Shown here piece after piece: positions 38,600-49,199 of a stretch of DNA of 57,437 nt. The notes under the pieces were generated by a model. It saw only the letters and a list, made by a program, of their open reading frames with translations, made no database searches and had not been told where the DNA came from. The stretch is taken from the NCBI GenBank assembly GCA_017544725.1, contig JAFYDR010000317.1, forward strand, positions 1-57,437. Direction: 5' to 3'. Source of the DNA: Kiritimatiellia bacterium. Its GTDB lineage: Bacteria; Verrucomicrobiota; Kiritimatiellia; RFP12; UBA1067. How positions within the stretch are numbered: position 1 is the stretch's first letter; each line of letters starts with the position of its first letter. The position numbers and the translations under genes were made by a program.

Positions 38600-39340
38600 T
38601 TACGGTAGCTCCCGCTCGGCTAGGATTTTCTCGACTGCCTCGGCATCGGCGGGTGTATCGACGCCGACACCCGGTTCATCGACCGGAATCACGGCGATAC
38701 GCGCACCTAGATAGAGCGCGCGGAGCTGTTCTAGCTTTTCGGTCTGCTCCAGCGCACAGGGCGGTGTCTTGACCAGCGTGTTTAAGAACTGTCCACGATA
38801 AGCGTAGATACCGAGATGCCGCCAGTAGAGTCCGCTCGCCAAATCCGCCTCGCCATCGCGACGGCAGGGAATCGGCAGGCGCGAGAAGTACAGCGCCTCG
38901 CCCTTCTGGTTCGTCACGACCTTTACAACGGTCCGCGCCGCAAGATCCTCCAATGTACGGATCGGCGTCGCCGCCGTTGCCATCTCGATCGGATCGTCCG
39001 CCATCCGCTGTGCGAGCGCGTCGATCAACGCGGGATTAATCAACGGTTCGTCGCCTTGAATGTTGATGACGACATCCTCGTCCTCGGCACGTGCGGCAAC
39101 TGCGACACGGTCGGTTCCTGACGGCAGGTCTGAATCCGTCATTACCACCTCGCACATCCCGTCAACGGCATACGCGATCCGATCATCGTCCGTCGCCAGC
39201 AACACGCGGTCGAGGAGCTTCGCGCGCTTGACCGCCTCCACCACCCACTGTACGAGCGGCTTGCCCAGCAACGGGAACAACGGTTTTCCGGGAAAACGGG
39301 AAGAACCATAGCGGGAAGGGATAACACCTATCGTCTTCAT
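38600..39340 (-). CDS. kdsB: 3-deoxy-manno-octulosonate cytidylyltransferase
   Basis: IPSRYGSSRFPGKPL, SGTDR, NIQGDEP, ALYFSR, HLGIYAY, EKLEQLRAL. Confidence 0.95.
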   Translation of the reverse strand: MKTIGVIPSRYGSSRFPGKPLFPLLGKPLVQWVVEAVKRAKLLDRVLLATDDDRIAYAVDGMCEVVMTDSDLPSGTDRVAVAARAEDEDVVINIQGDEPLINPALIDALAQRMADDPIEMATAATPIRTLEDLAARTVVKVVTNQKGEALYFSRLPIPCRRDGEADLASGLYWRHLGIYAYRGQFLNTLVKTPPCALEQTEKLEQLRALYLGARIAVIPVDEPGVGVDTPADAEAVEKILAERELP

Positions 39341-39345
39341 GGTAC

Positions 39346-40614
39346 CTACCTCCTGCAAGCATCGGCAAGCGCTTTGCCGAATTCGCTGCATTTGATTTCC
39401 GTCGCGCCTTCCATCTGCCGTGCGAAATCGTAGGTCACCGTCTTGGCGGCGATAACCTGATCCATCGCGGCGATAATCCGGTCGGCAGCTTCAGTCCACC
39501 CCATGTAGCGCAACATCATCTCGCCAGAGAGGATGAGCGAACCGGGGTTCACTTTGTCGAGGTTCGCGTACTTCGGCGCGGTACCGTGCGTCGCCTCGAA
39601 AACAGCAACGCCTGTCTGGTAGTTGATGTTCGCGCCGGGCGCGATACCGATCCCTCCGACCGTCGCGGCAAGCGCATCGGAGACGTAGTCGCCGTTAAGG
39701 TTCAACGTCGCGATCACGTCATACTCCGCCGGGCGCGTCAGAATCTGTTGCAGGAAAGCATCGCAGATGCAATCCTTCACCACGATCTCGCGACCGGTCT
39801 TCGGATTCGTAAAGCGGCACCAAGGTCCTTGGTCAATCAGTTCCGCACCGTACTCACGGCGAGCGAGCTGGTAACCCCAGTCGCGGAAGGCTCCTTCCGT
39901 GAACTTCTGGATGTTGCCCTTGTGGACGAGCGTGACGGACTTGCGCTCGTTCGCAACCGCATAGTCGAGCGCGGCCTTCACCAGCCGTTCCGTTCCCTCC
40001 TTTGAGACGGGCTTGATGCCAATAGAAGCGGTCTCTGGAAAGCGAATTTTCTTCACGCCCATCTCCTGTTGGAGCCAGGCGACGACCTTTGCCGCTTCTG
40101 GTGTACCGTACAGCCATTCGATTCCGGCGTAGATGTCCTCCGTGTTCTCGCGGAAAATCACCATGTCCGTCAACTCGGGATGTTTCACCGGGGAGGGAAC
40201 ACCCTTAAACCAACGGACGGGACGAAGGCAAACGTAAAGATCGAGCTGCTGCCGCATGGCGACATTGATGGAACGGATGCCACCGCCGATCGGCGTCGTG
40301 AGCGGTCCCTTGATGGAGACCAGATACTCGCGACAGGCATCCAGCGTCTCCTGCGGCAACCACGTGTTCGGCGCATAGACGGCGTTCGCCTTCTCACCGG
40401 CGTACACCTCCATCCATGCGATCTTCCGTTTACCACCGTAGGCCGCCTCCACCGCCGCGTTCCAGACTGTCATCGCCGCACGCGTGATGTCCGGTCCGGT
40501 TCCGTCGCCCTCGATGAACGGGATGACGGGACAATCCGGCACGCGAAGCTTGCCGTTCGCACCCATCGTGATTTTCTCGCCGTCAGTCGGCACCTTGATC
40601 TTCTCGTAAGCCAT
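39346..40614 (-). CDS. icd: NADP-dependent isocitrate dehydrogenase
   Basis: [56 protein letters not shown]. Confidence 0.96.
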   Translation of the reverse strand: MAYEKIKVPTDGEKITMGANGKLRVPDCPVIPFIEGDGTGPDITRAAMTVWNAAVEAAYGGKRKIAWMEVYAGEKANAVYAPNTWLPQETLDACREYLVSIKGPLTTPIGGGIRSINVAMRQQLDLYVCLRPVRWFKGVPSPVKHPELTDMVIFRENTEDIYAGIEWLYGTPEAAKVVAWLQQEMGVKKIRFPETASIGIKPVSKEGTERLVKAALDYAVANERKSVTLVHKGNIQKFTEGAFRDWGYQLARREYGAELIDQGPWCRFTNPKTGREIVVKDCICDAFLQQILTRPAEYDVIATLNLNGDYVSDALAATVGGIGIAPGANINYQTGVAVFEATHGTAPKYANLDKVNPGSLILSGEMMLRYMGWTEAADRIIAAMDQVIAAKTVTYDFARQMEGATEIKCSEFGKALADACRR

Positions 40615-40773
40615 CGTCTGTTTTCCTTATTTTACAATACAAGGGGACTTCGGGGGTCAGGCACCCGAAGTCCCTGGGGCAGTGCCCGAAGACCCACGAG
40701 AACTAGGCAGTGCCCAATCCCCGTGGTTACCTAACTTTCCCTGCTAGCGTCGTTAGCCGCCACACCGCTCGTC

Positions 40774-42186
40774 TTACGCGCCGGGATCCAGCACCCAACC
40801 GTTGTGCAACGGCAGGTCGATCAGCGCATTCGCCTTGTCCGCGTCGGCACCGGTGAAGAGTTCCGCCGCCGGATCCCACGCGAGCTTCGACGCACCGATG
40901 CGCAGACCGATGTTCGCGATGTGGGAGATCGTGATCGAACGATGCCCGACCTCGCACGGCGTGATCGTCGGCTGACCGGAGTAGATACACTCGATGAAGT
41001 TGCGCTCGTGCTGACCGCTGACGTAGAGCTTCTGGTCGGTGTCCTTCAGCTTCGTGCGGTACAGCTCGGCAGGCGCGGTCTCCATCTTGCCGCGCGTCAC
41101 AAAGATCTGCTTGCCATCCTCGCCAAAGAAACGCAGTCCGTTCGCATACTTGTTGGAAACGAACGCACGCGTGCCATCGGCATAAACCACCTCGAAGGAG
41201 TATTCGCCCGCCGTATTCCAGAGCGGATCGGAGAGGTCGATGTCACCCTTGATGTTCTCGACGGCAACAGGTCCCGAACCGTCCTTGCCGATTGCCCACT
41301 GGAGAATGTCCAAGTGATGCGCACCCCAGTCGGTGATCATGCCGCCGCCGTAGGCGAGATTGAAGCGCCAAGACATCGGGCTGTGGATGGCGGGATTGAA
41401 GGCGCGTAGTGCGGCGCCACCCTGCCACATGCGGAAGCCTTCTTCGCCGAAGTATTCCGGCGGTTTCGCCCAAGTTTTCTTCTCGATCCATTCACCCTCT
41501 TTTCCCCACGGATTGAACTTGCCGCCGGGCAGACCGATCTCGACGCGCTGGATCTTGCCGAGGTAACCGTTGCGCACAAACTCGCAGGCGCGGCGGAACT
41601 CCGTCGCGGAGCGCTGCTGGGAACCGACCTGGAAGGTGACGCCCGTCTCGCGCGCCGCGCGCACCATCGCCTTGCCCTGACCGATCGTCAGCGACATCGG
41701 CTTTTGGCAATAGACGTGCTTGCCCTTGCGCATCGCGTAAATCGCGTTCATCGCGTGCCAGTGGTCAGGTGTGCTGATCACCACCGCATCGACGCCACAG
41801 TCCAACAGGTCGCGGAAGTCGGGGAAAGTCTTGCAGCCATTGTAGGCAACCGCGCCCTTCTGATCGGCGTAGAACTTGTCCACGCGCTCCTTGCACGGAC
41901 GCATACCGCCGCCGCGCGCACCGTTGTAGCCGTAGAGCTTGTCCGTGCCCTTGTTCGGGTCGCTGACCGCAACCACCTGCACGTTCTGGTTGTTCAGGAA
42001 ATTGCCGATGTTGTCATGCGCCATCGTGCCGTAGCCGATGAAACCGACGTTGATCCGCTCCGACGGTTGCGGACGCTTCGGCGCAACCATCCCTTTGCGG
42101 ATACCGATGCACCCGGACGAAATGATCACGGGAAACGACAACGCGCCTTCCAAAAAGCGCCGACGGGAAACACTCAACTTTGCCAT
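40774..42186 (-). CDS. Tat-exported Gfo/Idh/MocA oxidoreductase
   Basis: SRRRFL Tat motif, possible lipobox SSGC, GFIGYG, STPDHWH, YCQKP, DWGAHHLD. Confidence 0.9.
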   Translation of the reverse strand: MAKLSVSRRRFLEGALSFPVIISSGCIGIRKGMVAPKRPQPSERINVGFIGYGTMAHDNIGNFLNNQNVQVVAVSDPNKGTDKLYGYNGARGGGMRPCKERVDKFYADQKGAVAYNGCKTFPDFRDLLDCGVDAVVISTPDHWHAMNAIYAMRKGKHVYCQKPMSLTIGQGKAMVRAARETGVTFQVGSQQRSATEFRRACEFVRNGYLGKIQRVEIGLPGGKFNPWGKEGEWIEKKTWAKPPEYFGEEGFRMWQGGAALRAFNPAIHSPMSWRFNLAYGGGMITDWGAHHLDILQWAIGKDGSGPVAVENIKGDIDLSDPLWNTAGEYSFEVVYADGTRAFVSNKYANGLRFFGEDGKQIFVTRGKMETAPAELYRTKLKDTDQKLYVSGQHERNFIECIYSGQPTITPCEVGHRSITISHIANIGLRIGASKLAWDPAAELFTGADADKANALIDLPLHNGWVLDPGA

Positions 42187-42256
42187 ACAAGAACTCCTTC
42201 TGTTCTGTTACCTCATCCTTATTCCTCTGTCCGCACACACCCGCATACGGACTGCG

Positions 42257-43987
42257 TTACGCATCTGGCCACAACTGGGCGGCCAGTTCACGAAGCTTGA
42301 ACTTCTGGATCTTCTGGCTCGCCGTCATCGGGAATTCGTCCAGGAAGTGGACGTACTTCGGGATTTTGAACCAGGAGATCTTGTTCCGGCAGTAGTCCAT
42401 CACATCCTGCTCGGAGATCGTCGAACCGGGCATCCGGATCACAAACGCGCCGGGCTGCTCGCCGTACTTCTTGCTAGGTACGCCCACCACCTGCACGTCC
42501 TGTACCCCTTCCATGTGGCTGAGAAAGTCCTCGATCTCGCGCGGCGAGATGTTCTCGCCACCTCGGATGATGAGATCCTTCAGGCGGGAGGTGATGTAGA
42601 AGTACCCTTGCTCGTCCATGTGCCCGATATCACCCGAATGCAACCAGCCGTTCGCGTCGATGCACTTCGCGGTCTGCTCCGGCATCTTGTAGTAACCCTT
42701 CATGCAGTTGAAGCCGCGACAGCAGATTTCGCCGTCCTCGTTGATCCCGCACAACTCGCCCGTCTCGGGATTGATAATCGCGACTTCGATGCCCGGGTGC
42801 GCCTGACCGATCGTCGTGCACTTGCGCTCGAACGACGGCTCGAAGTAGCGCGTCATCGTCATCACCGGCCCCGACTCCGTCAGCCCGTAGGGGTTGGTGA
42901 TCTCCTTCATGTTCATGCGCTCCACCGCCTGTTCCATGCGTTTTACCGGACAAGTCGAACCGGACATGATGCCCGTGCGCAGGGACGAGAAGTCGAACTT
43001 CGAGAAGAGCGGATGGTCGAGGATTGCAATGTACATCGTCGGCACACCATACACCGCCGTACACCGTTCTTTCTCGATCGACATCATCACCGTCACCGGG
43101 TCGTACTTCTCCAGCAACACCATCGTCGAACCGTGGTTCACGCACGACATCACACCCAACACGCAACCGAAACAGTGGAAGAGCGGAACGGGAATGCACA
43201 CGCGGTCCTTGCACGAAAAGTTCTGGCAAGCCCCGATCCAAAATCCGTCGTTACCGATATTGTAGTGGGTCAGTTGCACTCCCTTCGGGAAACCAGTCGT
43301 ACCGGAAGTGTACTGCATGTTCACCACGTCATCGGGACGGCACTCCGCCTGACGTGCGTAGTACGCCTCCATCGACGTCTCCACCGACAGCGACAACGCC
43401 TCGTTCAGCGAGTAGAATCCACGATGCTTCTCCGGGCCCAAGAAGAAGAGCCGTTTCAGGCAGGGGTAACGTTCCGACTTCAGCTCGCCGCGCGGTTGCG
43501 TCTTCAGTTCGGGGATTAGTTTGTAGATGCACTCCAGATAGTCGAAGTCCCGATAGCCGTTGATGATAAAGAGGTTTTCCGTATCCGACTGCTTCAGCGC
43601 GAAGTCAATCTCCGCCTCTTTGTAGTTCATGTTCAGCGGCAGAAGAATCGCGCCGATCTTCGCCGTCGCGAACATCAGGATGATCCAGTGCGGCACGTTC
43701 GTGGACCACAGCGCGACCTTCTCGCCGCGCTTGATTCCCAACGCCATCAGGCCACGCGCCAAACGATCCACCTCCTCGCCGAACTCAAACCAGGTGAGGC
43801 GGAAGTCGCGGTCTGCATAGACCAGCGCGTCCTGCGGTCCGCACCGCGCAATCGTCTGGTCGAGCAACTGCCCCAACGTGTAGTTGCGCGTCACCGGATA
43901 GTTGTGCCACGGCACACCCGTCGAGACCGCCTGTGTGAAGGGCGGCTTGGACGGCGCGGTGCCGAACGGGTCGGTCAGTTTAAACAT
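42257..43987 (-). CDS. AMP-binding acyl-CoA synthetase
   Basis: QYTSGTTGFPKG, PLFHCFG, YGLTE, HSGDIG, RGGENI, KIQK. Confidence 0.92.
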   Translation of the reverse strand: MFKLTDPFGTAPSKPPFTQAVSTGVPWHNYPVTRNYTLGQLLDQTIARCGPQDALVYADRDFRLTWFEFGEEVDRLARGLMALGIKRGEKVALWSTNVPHWIILMFATAKIGAILLPLNMNYKEAEIDFALKQSDTENLFIINGYRDFDYLECIYKLIPELKTQPRGELKSERYPCLKRLFFLGPEKHRGFYSLNEALSLSVETSMEAYYARQAECRPDDVVNMQYTSGTTGFPKGVQLTHYNIGNDGFWIGACQNFSCKDRVCIPVPLFHCFGCVLGVMSCVNHGSTMVLLEKYDPVTVMMSIEKERCTAVYGVPTMYIAILDHPLFSKFDFSSLRTGIMSGSTCPVKRMEQAVERMNMKEITNPYGLTESGPVMTMTRYFEPSFERKCTTIGQAHPGIEVAIINPETGELCGINEDGEICCRGFNCMKGYYKMPEQTAKCIDANGWLHSGDIGHMDEQGYFYITSRLKDLIIRGGENISPREIEDFLSHMEGVQDVQVVGVPSKKYGEQPGAFVIRMPGSTISEQDVMDYCRNKISWFKIPKYVHFLDEFPMTASQKIQKFKLRELAAQLWPDA

Positions 43988-44000
43988 GGCTTTCCCCTTT

Positions 44001-44564
44001 TCAGAACGGCATGAAGATGCAGGCATAGATCGTCGCGGGCTTTCCGCCGTTGGCCTTTACGCGATGCTTCACCACCGAGTTGTAGTACGCCGAGTCGCCC
44101 GGCTTCAGGATCTTCACGTCCTCACCGTACAGCAACTCGATCTCGCCGGAGACGACGATGATGAACTCCTCGCCCTCATGCGAGGAAAGCTGCGCGTCCG
44201 CGTCCGCCGCGATCTCGATGTAGAACGGGTCGATGTGACGGTCCACCTTTCCCGCACCGAGCGAGAAGTAACGGAACCCAGCCGCCGACGTCTGCTGGTG
44301 GCTACGTTCGTCCAGCAGACGACTGTCACCGCGCACGATCACCGGGTCTGGCGTGAACTGGTCGTCCATGAACGTGCCAAGCCGCTGCCCTAGCGCACGC
44401 GCCAGCTTCACCAGCGTTCCCAGCGCGGGATACACTTCGTTCGCCTCCACAGCGCGAATCACGGAAGGGCTTACGCCCGATTCCTTCGCCAGCGTCTCCA
44501 CCGTCATTTCCAACCGCTCGCGGTATGTCGCGATGCGTTCTCCGAGTTTCTTTGCCTCTGCCAT
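44001..44564 (-). CDS. XRE-HTH plus cupin transcriptional regulator
   Basis: LGERIATYRE...LAKESG...PALGTLVKLARAL followed by cupin motifs HEGEEF and GDSAYYNS. Confidence 0.9.
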   Translation of the reverse strand: MAEAKKLGERIATYRERLEMTVETLAKESGVSPSVIRAVEANEVYPALGTLVKLARALGQRLGTFMDDQFTPDPVIVRGDSRLLDERSHQQTSAAGFRYFSLGAGKVDRHIDPFYIEIAADADAQLSSHEGEEFIIVVSGEIELLYGEDVKILKPGDSAYYNSVVKHRVKANGGKPATIYACIFMPF

Positions 44565-44660
44565 GATGATTCCTTCTGCCTCTAGTTGTACCAAAAGCGG
44601 AGTCAGTATAGCAGAGTTCCCGCCGTCCCGCAAGTGTTCGCTTCCGTTCGCTTCGCTCAC

Positions 44661-44949
44661 GGGCGCATCTGTGAATTTACCCATCTCATGCGCACAAGAA
44701 GATTTTGGAAACAACCAGAACAACTTGAAGACAACATTTGAAAGAGGTGCGCGGACCAACCGATCCGCGCATCGCTTCTCCTTTGCCTGTAACTTGCAAC
44801 TATGGAGAGCCGCCGTCTCGGCGGCTCTCCATATTACCGCAGTGTGCTGCGCGGGCGAGTTAGCCCGCGCTCTAAAGACAAGTTGTTTTTTTAGTTGTTT
44901 CTGTTGTTTTCATTTTCAAAAGACGACGGTGAAATTCGCAGATGCGCCC
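44661..44949. mobile_element. MITE-like element (289 bp) with a 9-bp target site duplication
   Basis: TIRs GGGCGCATCTGTGAATTTACC / GGTGAAATTCGCAGATGCGCCC; TTCGCTCAC duplicated at 44652-44660 and 44950-44958. Confidence 0.9.
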
Positions 44950-45179
44950 TTCGCTCACGCCTGGGTTGGGGTGGTGGGATGATGGTTGCGCGACGCGCAA
45001 CCGACAAAACCCTTTTCTTGTAGCTTCTAGCTTTCAGCTGTTGGCTTTTAGCCCGCTACCTAGCTTCACGCGCTTACCCAGCTGGCGGCTTTGCCGCCCC
45101 TACTGCCTTCTTCTCAGCCTCTCATTTCTTCATTCGTCACTCGTCATTCGTCATTTTTCTCCCCGCCTCTGGCGGCCCG

Positions 45180-45968
45180 CTACACGCCCGACGCTCTGGA
45201 GCGGTACTTGGCGGGGGTCATGCCGGTGAGCTGACGGAAGGTGCGGATGAAGTGCGAGTGGTCGTAGAAGCCCGTCTCCGCTGCAATGTCCGTAATCAGC
45301 TTGTCCGTCGTTGCCAGCAACGTCTGCGCGGCGTTCACTCGTACCCGCGCGATGTAGTCCGAAGGCGACATCTGCGTCAGCTTGCGGAAGTGCTTGCGAA
45401 ACTGCGCTACCGAGTAGTTCGACATTGACGCCAGAAGTTCGATCGGCACCTTCTCCTTGTAGTGGTCGTTCAGGTAGGTGATCGCATGACGGATCGGGTC
45501 GTACCAGTTCGCCACCTGCATCTTCGCCTGTGCCCGGTAATAGACCGTCGCCGTGCCGATGCGCGTACCGTCCGTCCCGACAATCGGACGCACCGACACG
45601 CAGTTGAGATCGGTCGAACGGTTCGCGACGAATCCAAAGATTCGGTTGACAATCGGCACGCCAGTTTCGAAGACTTCGCGGTCGCGTCCCGCATAGACTG
45701 CCGCCTGATCTGGCGGGTACAATTCCTCCGAAGTGTACCCCACCATGTCGTACATCGTCCGCCACCCGCTGATCATCACGTTGTACGGATTGGTGTGTAC
45801 CAGCCGCCCATGCGCATCCTTCAGCGTGAACGCCACGTTCGGCAACGTCTCCATGAAGTCGATCAGCAGCTGTAACGTCGGTCCCGCCGCCTGGAAAAAC
45901 GCCTCCCGGATCCGCTCGACCTCTTCGCGCGGAACCGTCTTCTTGGAATATCTCGTGCGATAGTTCAT
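45180..45968 (-). CDS. PAS-like sensor plus AraC family transcriptional regulator
   Basis: FTLKDAHGRLVHTN...DREVFETG PAS-like region; C-terminal ITDIAAETGFYDHSHFIRTFRQLTGMTP. Confidence 0.9.
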   Translation of the reverse strand: MNYRTRYSKKTVPREEVERIREAFFQAAGPTLQLLIDFMETLPNVAFTLKDAHGRLVHTNPYNVMISGWRTMYDMVGYTSEELYPPDQAAVYAGRDREVFETGVPIVNRIFGFVANRSTDLNCVSVRPIVGTDGTRIGTATVYYRAQAKMQVANWYDPIRHAITYLNDHYKEKVPIELLASMSNYSVAQFRKHFRKLTQMSPSDYIARVRVNAAQTLLATTDKLITDIAAETGFYDHSHFIRTFRQLTGMTPAKYRSRASGV

Positions 45969-46065
45969 GCTTCGGATTATACACTTTTTGTTTCCGATTT
46001 TACAAGACAAATCCATCGTTTTATGGGAAAATATTTCAAAATTGTGTTGTGAATGGGTAGTTCTA

Positions 46066-46124
46066 CTAGAGAGGTACCTAGAGTTTCTAGGGCGTCTAGA
46101 TCTGCTAGCAATTAGACCGCCTAG
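46066..46124. repeat. CTAG array with ~9-bp period
   Basis: CTAG at 46066, 46078, 46087, 46096, 46105 and 46121. Confidence 0.7.
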
Positions 46125-46141
46125 AAACAAAAAAGGAGTGG

Positions 46142-49100
46142 ATGATGATGACATTGGACAGTTTGAATCGGATTTCGACAAACGGCGTTTTGCGTCGGCG
46201 CAACCGCTATACAGGGGGGGGCATCATAGTGAAATCTTGCCTCTTCTCGCTCGCTTGTACCCTTCTATTTGTCGGCTTCGGACGCGCCCTGACGCTCGGT
46301 CCGGGCGACACGCTCGACTGGGACGCGAACACGCCGGCGAGCAGTGAGACCATTACCGCGACGGGCGGCACGATCATCTTCAACTCCGACACCGAATCGG
46401 ACAACAACTTCGAACTCGGCGGCGAGGTGGTGGTGACGGTCAACAACGACTCGATGGTACGGTTCCTCAAGACATTCTACCAGACGGATCCGTCAGGACG
46501 GCTCGTGATGCCCCGAACGTTCCGTTTCGGGAGCAGAGACGCGAACAAGTTCGCCTTCCTCCCGGAGAACTCCATCGCGTTCGCGCCCGGCGCAACAGAC
46601 GCGCAGTTGCGGTTGGCGGGATACACATCGATGTTGGTCTTGCCGGACAAATGGAGCAATCCCGTTCCCTACGCCTTCGGGACTAATGTCCTAGTCTGCT
46701 TCTACGGCGGCAACATGATAACCGATGCAGCCTACACCATGCCGTCAAACTGCACTATCCGCATGACCAGCCCCACCAACTTTCCGGAAACGACCGTCAT
46801 TACCGTCCCTGCGACCTCAACCTTGCAAGACCGCCCCGCAAAGTTCAACCCCCAAACCAACGCGGGATCGGGCGTGGATAACCGGGGTACGACAACCGAA
46901 CGGAGAAACAACATCGTGCTAGACGGCGGCACCTTCGAGATCGCAACGGGGTCCACTCACAAGTACTGGGGCAACTTCTCCGGTTCTGGCAGTATCCTCG
47001 TATCGGAAACCGTACCGGAGAACGCGAACGGAAACGCCTACAAATACTTCTATGGATCCGTTCATGGTCTCGATGCGCAGAGTACACTGACGATCAAACA
47101 GATTAAAATATGGGATAACAACTTGAACAACGGAGTCCGGCTGAATTCCGATTTTGCAGGGACGGTCAAGCTTGATTTTGATACCTCGTGTTCAGATATC
47201 GTCTCCTTCGGGTTCAACAATCCCAACACGTCCGGTGCCACCAACGAGAACTGGCACGTCGGCGCAATTCAGGGCGGTAGCATCATTGGACCGCGTAGCG
47301 GTGAGGGCGGCGCACGCCTCCAGTTCTCGGCGATGCAGCACATATACGCTGGTCGGCTCTCCGGCAAGTTCGCGATCTTCGCGACGGCCGTCAACAACAA
47401 ACTCAACACGAACGACCTGTTCGCCGATACCGTCGCGGATAACACGATCATCTATGTGAAGAACGGCATTCGCCTCCATTTCGGCACTGTCGGCAAGGGC
47501 GTCAAGATCCGCTATATGGTTTCCCCCGTCAGTTCCAACGTCGTGGAGGTCGGATCCGGCACCATCGAAGAGATCTCCTTCTTCGGTACCGCCGCCGAGC
47601 AGACAAAGCCCGTTTATCTGCACGGCAACGTTGGACTGGTAACAGGGCCTGGAAAGGTTATCGCCTCTGACGGTAGCCGCGTCGGGTTCGTCGCCTCGAA
47701 CGCCACAGTGGAGGTCAATTCCGGCGCACTCACGCTGGGCGACGAGGAACTGCTCGGTTCCAAGCCCGCGCTCTGGGTTGACGCCTCGGATCTCTCCACC
47801 TACGCCCCGCTCTACAAGAGCAGCTACCATAACAACGGCACGCTTCATGCGCCGTCCACGTTGCTGGGCGCGGACAAGCCTGCGAACGTCTATACGAATG
47901 ACTTCCCGCTGATCGAAAAGTGGTACGACAAGCGCCCCGAGCAACGCCTCAACTTCTTCTGGAACAACAGATGGCAGGACGCCAACACCTTCTATCCGCA
48001 GTTCTATCCGTTTATCATCACCAACGCGCTGAATGGACGTGCAATTCTCTCCTTCGGCATCCATCGAGAGGCGGGTGACACCGGTCTTTCGTCCGAATGG
48101 TCGCATATCGGCAGTCCGGGGTCGAGTAATAGTTCAGAGAACCGCAGAATGCATCTAATGCAGAGCGCGTCCGAAGGACATGCCGTCTATGTCCACTCCT
48201 GCGTGATGGTCTTCGGTTCCGAGCGTGGCGGCGGACGCTGCATCCTCGGTGGCTACAACGGATATACCTCCACGCATCTCGGGGTTAACAACACGCACAA
48301 TCCCCCATGCGGTGACCACTTCTTCCGAACCGGTAGCGGTTACGGCGTAGAGAACGGCATCTTCGTTGCGAAGATTGAAGGCAGTGGTAAAAACACAAAA
48401 ACAAACCTCTACGAAACCTGGGTCAACGGAACATCCGTCGTCTGCACCAACACGCCGATGAGCGGTTCGTGGGATGTGATTTCCTTCCATACGGACAAAG
48501 CCGATGACGGTGGACGAGCCTTCCGCAACATCGGCTGTCCCGATGATGTCAACGCCTCGGGTGGCCAAGACTACGCCGAGTTTATCGTTTACACCAACAA
48601 GCTCACGAGCGCCGAGCGTATGAGCCTCGAGTACTACCTTGCTTGCAAGTGGGGATTGGAGTCCAAGCAGCTCCCCGTTGCCGGCACGGTGCGCGTTGGC
48701 GCGAACGCCTCCGTCATCGGCAGCCAGCTCAACATCGCGGGTGCCGGTTCCTGGACGCTGCGCGATTACGACGAAGTGACGCTTGACGGCCAGTTCACCG
48801 GTACGGTCTCCGGTCCCGGCAAGCTCAAGGCAATCGACGCCGCGAACGTGCCGACTCTCTCCTCCGCGTTCACCGGCGAACTGCAGTTCGTCAAAACCAG
48901 CACCCCGCTGACCTTCACCTTCGCCAACGGCACCGTCACCGACGCGATCAGCACGGAGAACGGCACGGTGACGATTCCAGACGAGGTGACCATCACCCTC
49001 GCTTGTGGAAGTCGTCCGATGTCCGGAAGATATCCGCTCGTCACGGCAGCAACGCTGACTGCGCCGTCCGAGATGGATGTGCAGCTCACCGGCGACGCTG

Positions 49101-49195
49101 CTGTAATCAACGGTGTCAAGGCGCGCCTCGCCGTCACGGCAACCACGCTTGCGGTGGAAATCATTCCCAGTGGGACAGTCATCTCGATTCGCTAG
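46142..49195 (+). CDS. Large secreted beta-rich protein with a LamG-like domain; start may instead be GTG 46229
   Basis: Signal-like VKSCLFSLACTLLFVGFGRA; PALWVDASD...WYDKR...AEFIVY...YLACKWG; ends IIPSGTVISIR*. Confidence 0.8.
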   Translation: MMMTLDSLNRISTNGVLRRRNRYTGGGIIVKSCLFSLACTLLFVGFGRALTLGPGDTLDWDANTPASSETITATGGTIIFNSDTESDNNFELGGEVVVTVNNDSMVRFLKTFYQTDPSGRLVMPRTFRFGSRDANKFAFLPENSIAFAPGATDAQLRLAGYTSMLVLPDKWSNPVPYAFGTNVLVCFYGGNMITDAAYTMPSNCTIRMTSPTNFPETTVITVPATSTLQDRPAKFNPQTNAGSGVDNRGTTTERRNNIVLDGGTFEIATGSTHKYWGNFSGSGSILVSETVPENANGNAYKYFYGSVHGLDAQSTLTIKQIKIWDNNLNNGVRLNSDFAGTVKLDFDTSCSDIVSFGFNNPNTSGATNENWHVGAIQGGSIIGPRSGEGGARLQFSAMQHIYAGRLSGKFAIFATAVNNKLNTNDLFADTVADNTIIYVKNGIRLHFGTVGKGVKIRYMVSPVSSNVVEVGSGTIEEISFFGTAAEQTKPVYLHGNVGLVTGPGKVIASDGSRVGFVASNATVEVNSGALTLGDEELLGSKPALWVDASDLSTYAPLYKSSYHNNGTLHAPSTLLGADKPANVYTNDFPLIEKWYDKRPEQRLNFFWNNRWQDANTFYPQFYPFIITNALNGRAILSFGIHREAGDTGLSSEWSHIGSPGSSNSSENRRMHLMQSASEGHAVYVHSCVMVFGSERGGGRCILGGYNGYTSTHLGVNNTHNPPCGDHFFRTGSGYGVENGIFVAKIEGSGKNTKTNLYETWVNGTSVVCTNTPMSGSWDVISFHTDKADDGGRAFRNIGCPDDVNASGGQDYAEFIVYTNKLTSAERMSLEYYLACKWGLESKQLPVAGTVRVGANASVIGSQLNIAGAGSWTLRDYDEVTLDGQFTGTVSGPGKLKAIDAANVPTLSSAFTGELQFVKTSTPLTFTFANGTVTDAISTENGTVTIPDEVTITLACGSRPMSGRYPLVTAATLTAPSEMDVQLTGDAAVINGVKARLAVTATTLAVEIIPSGTVISIR

Positions 49196-49199
49196 GCGC

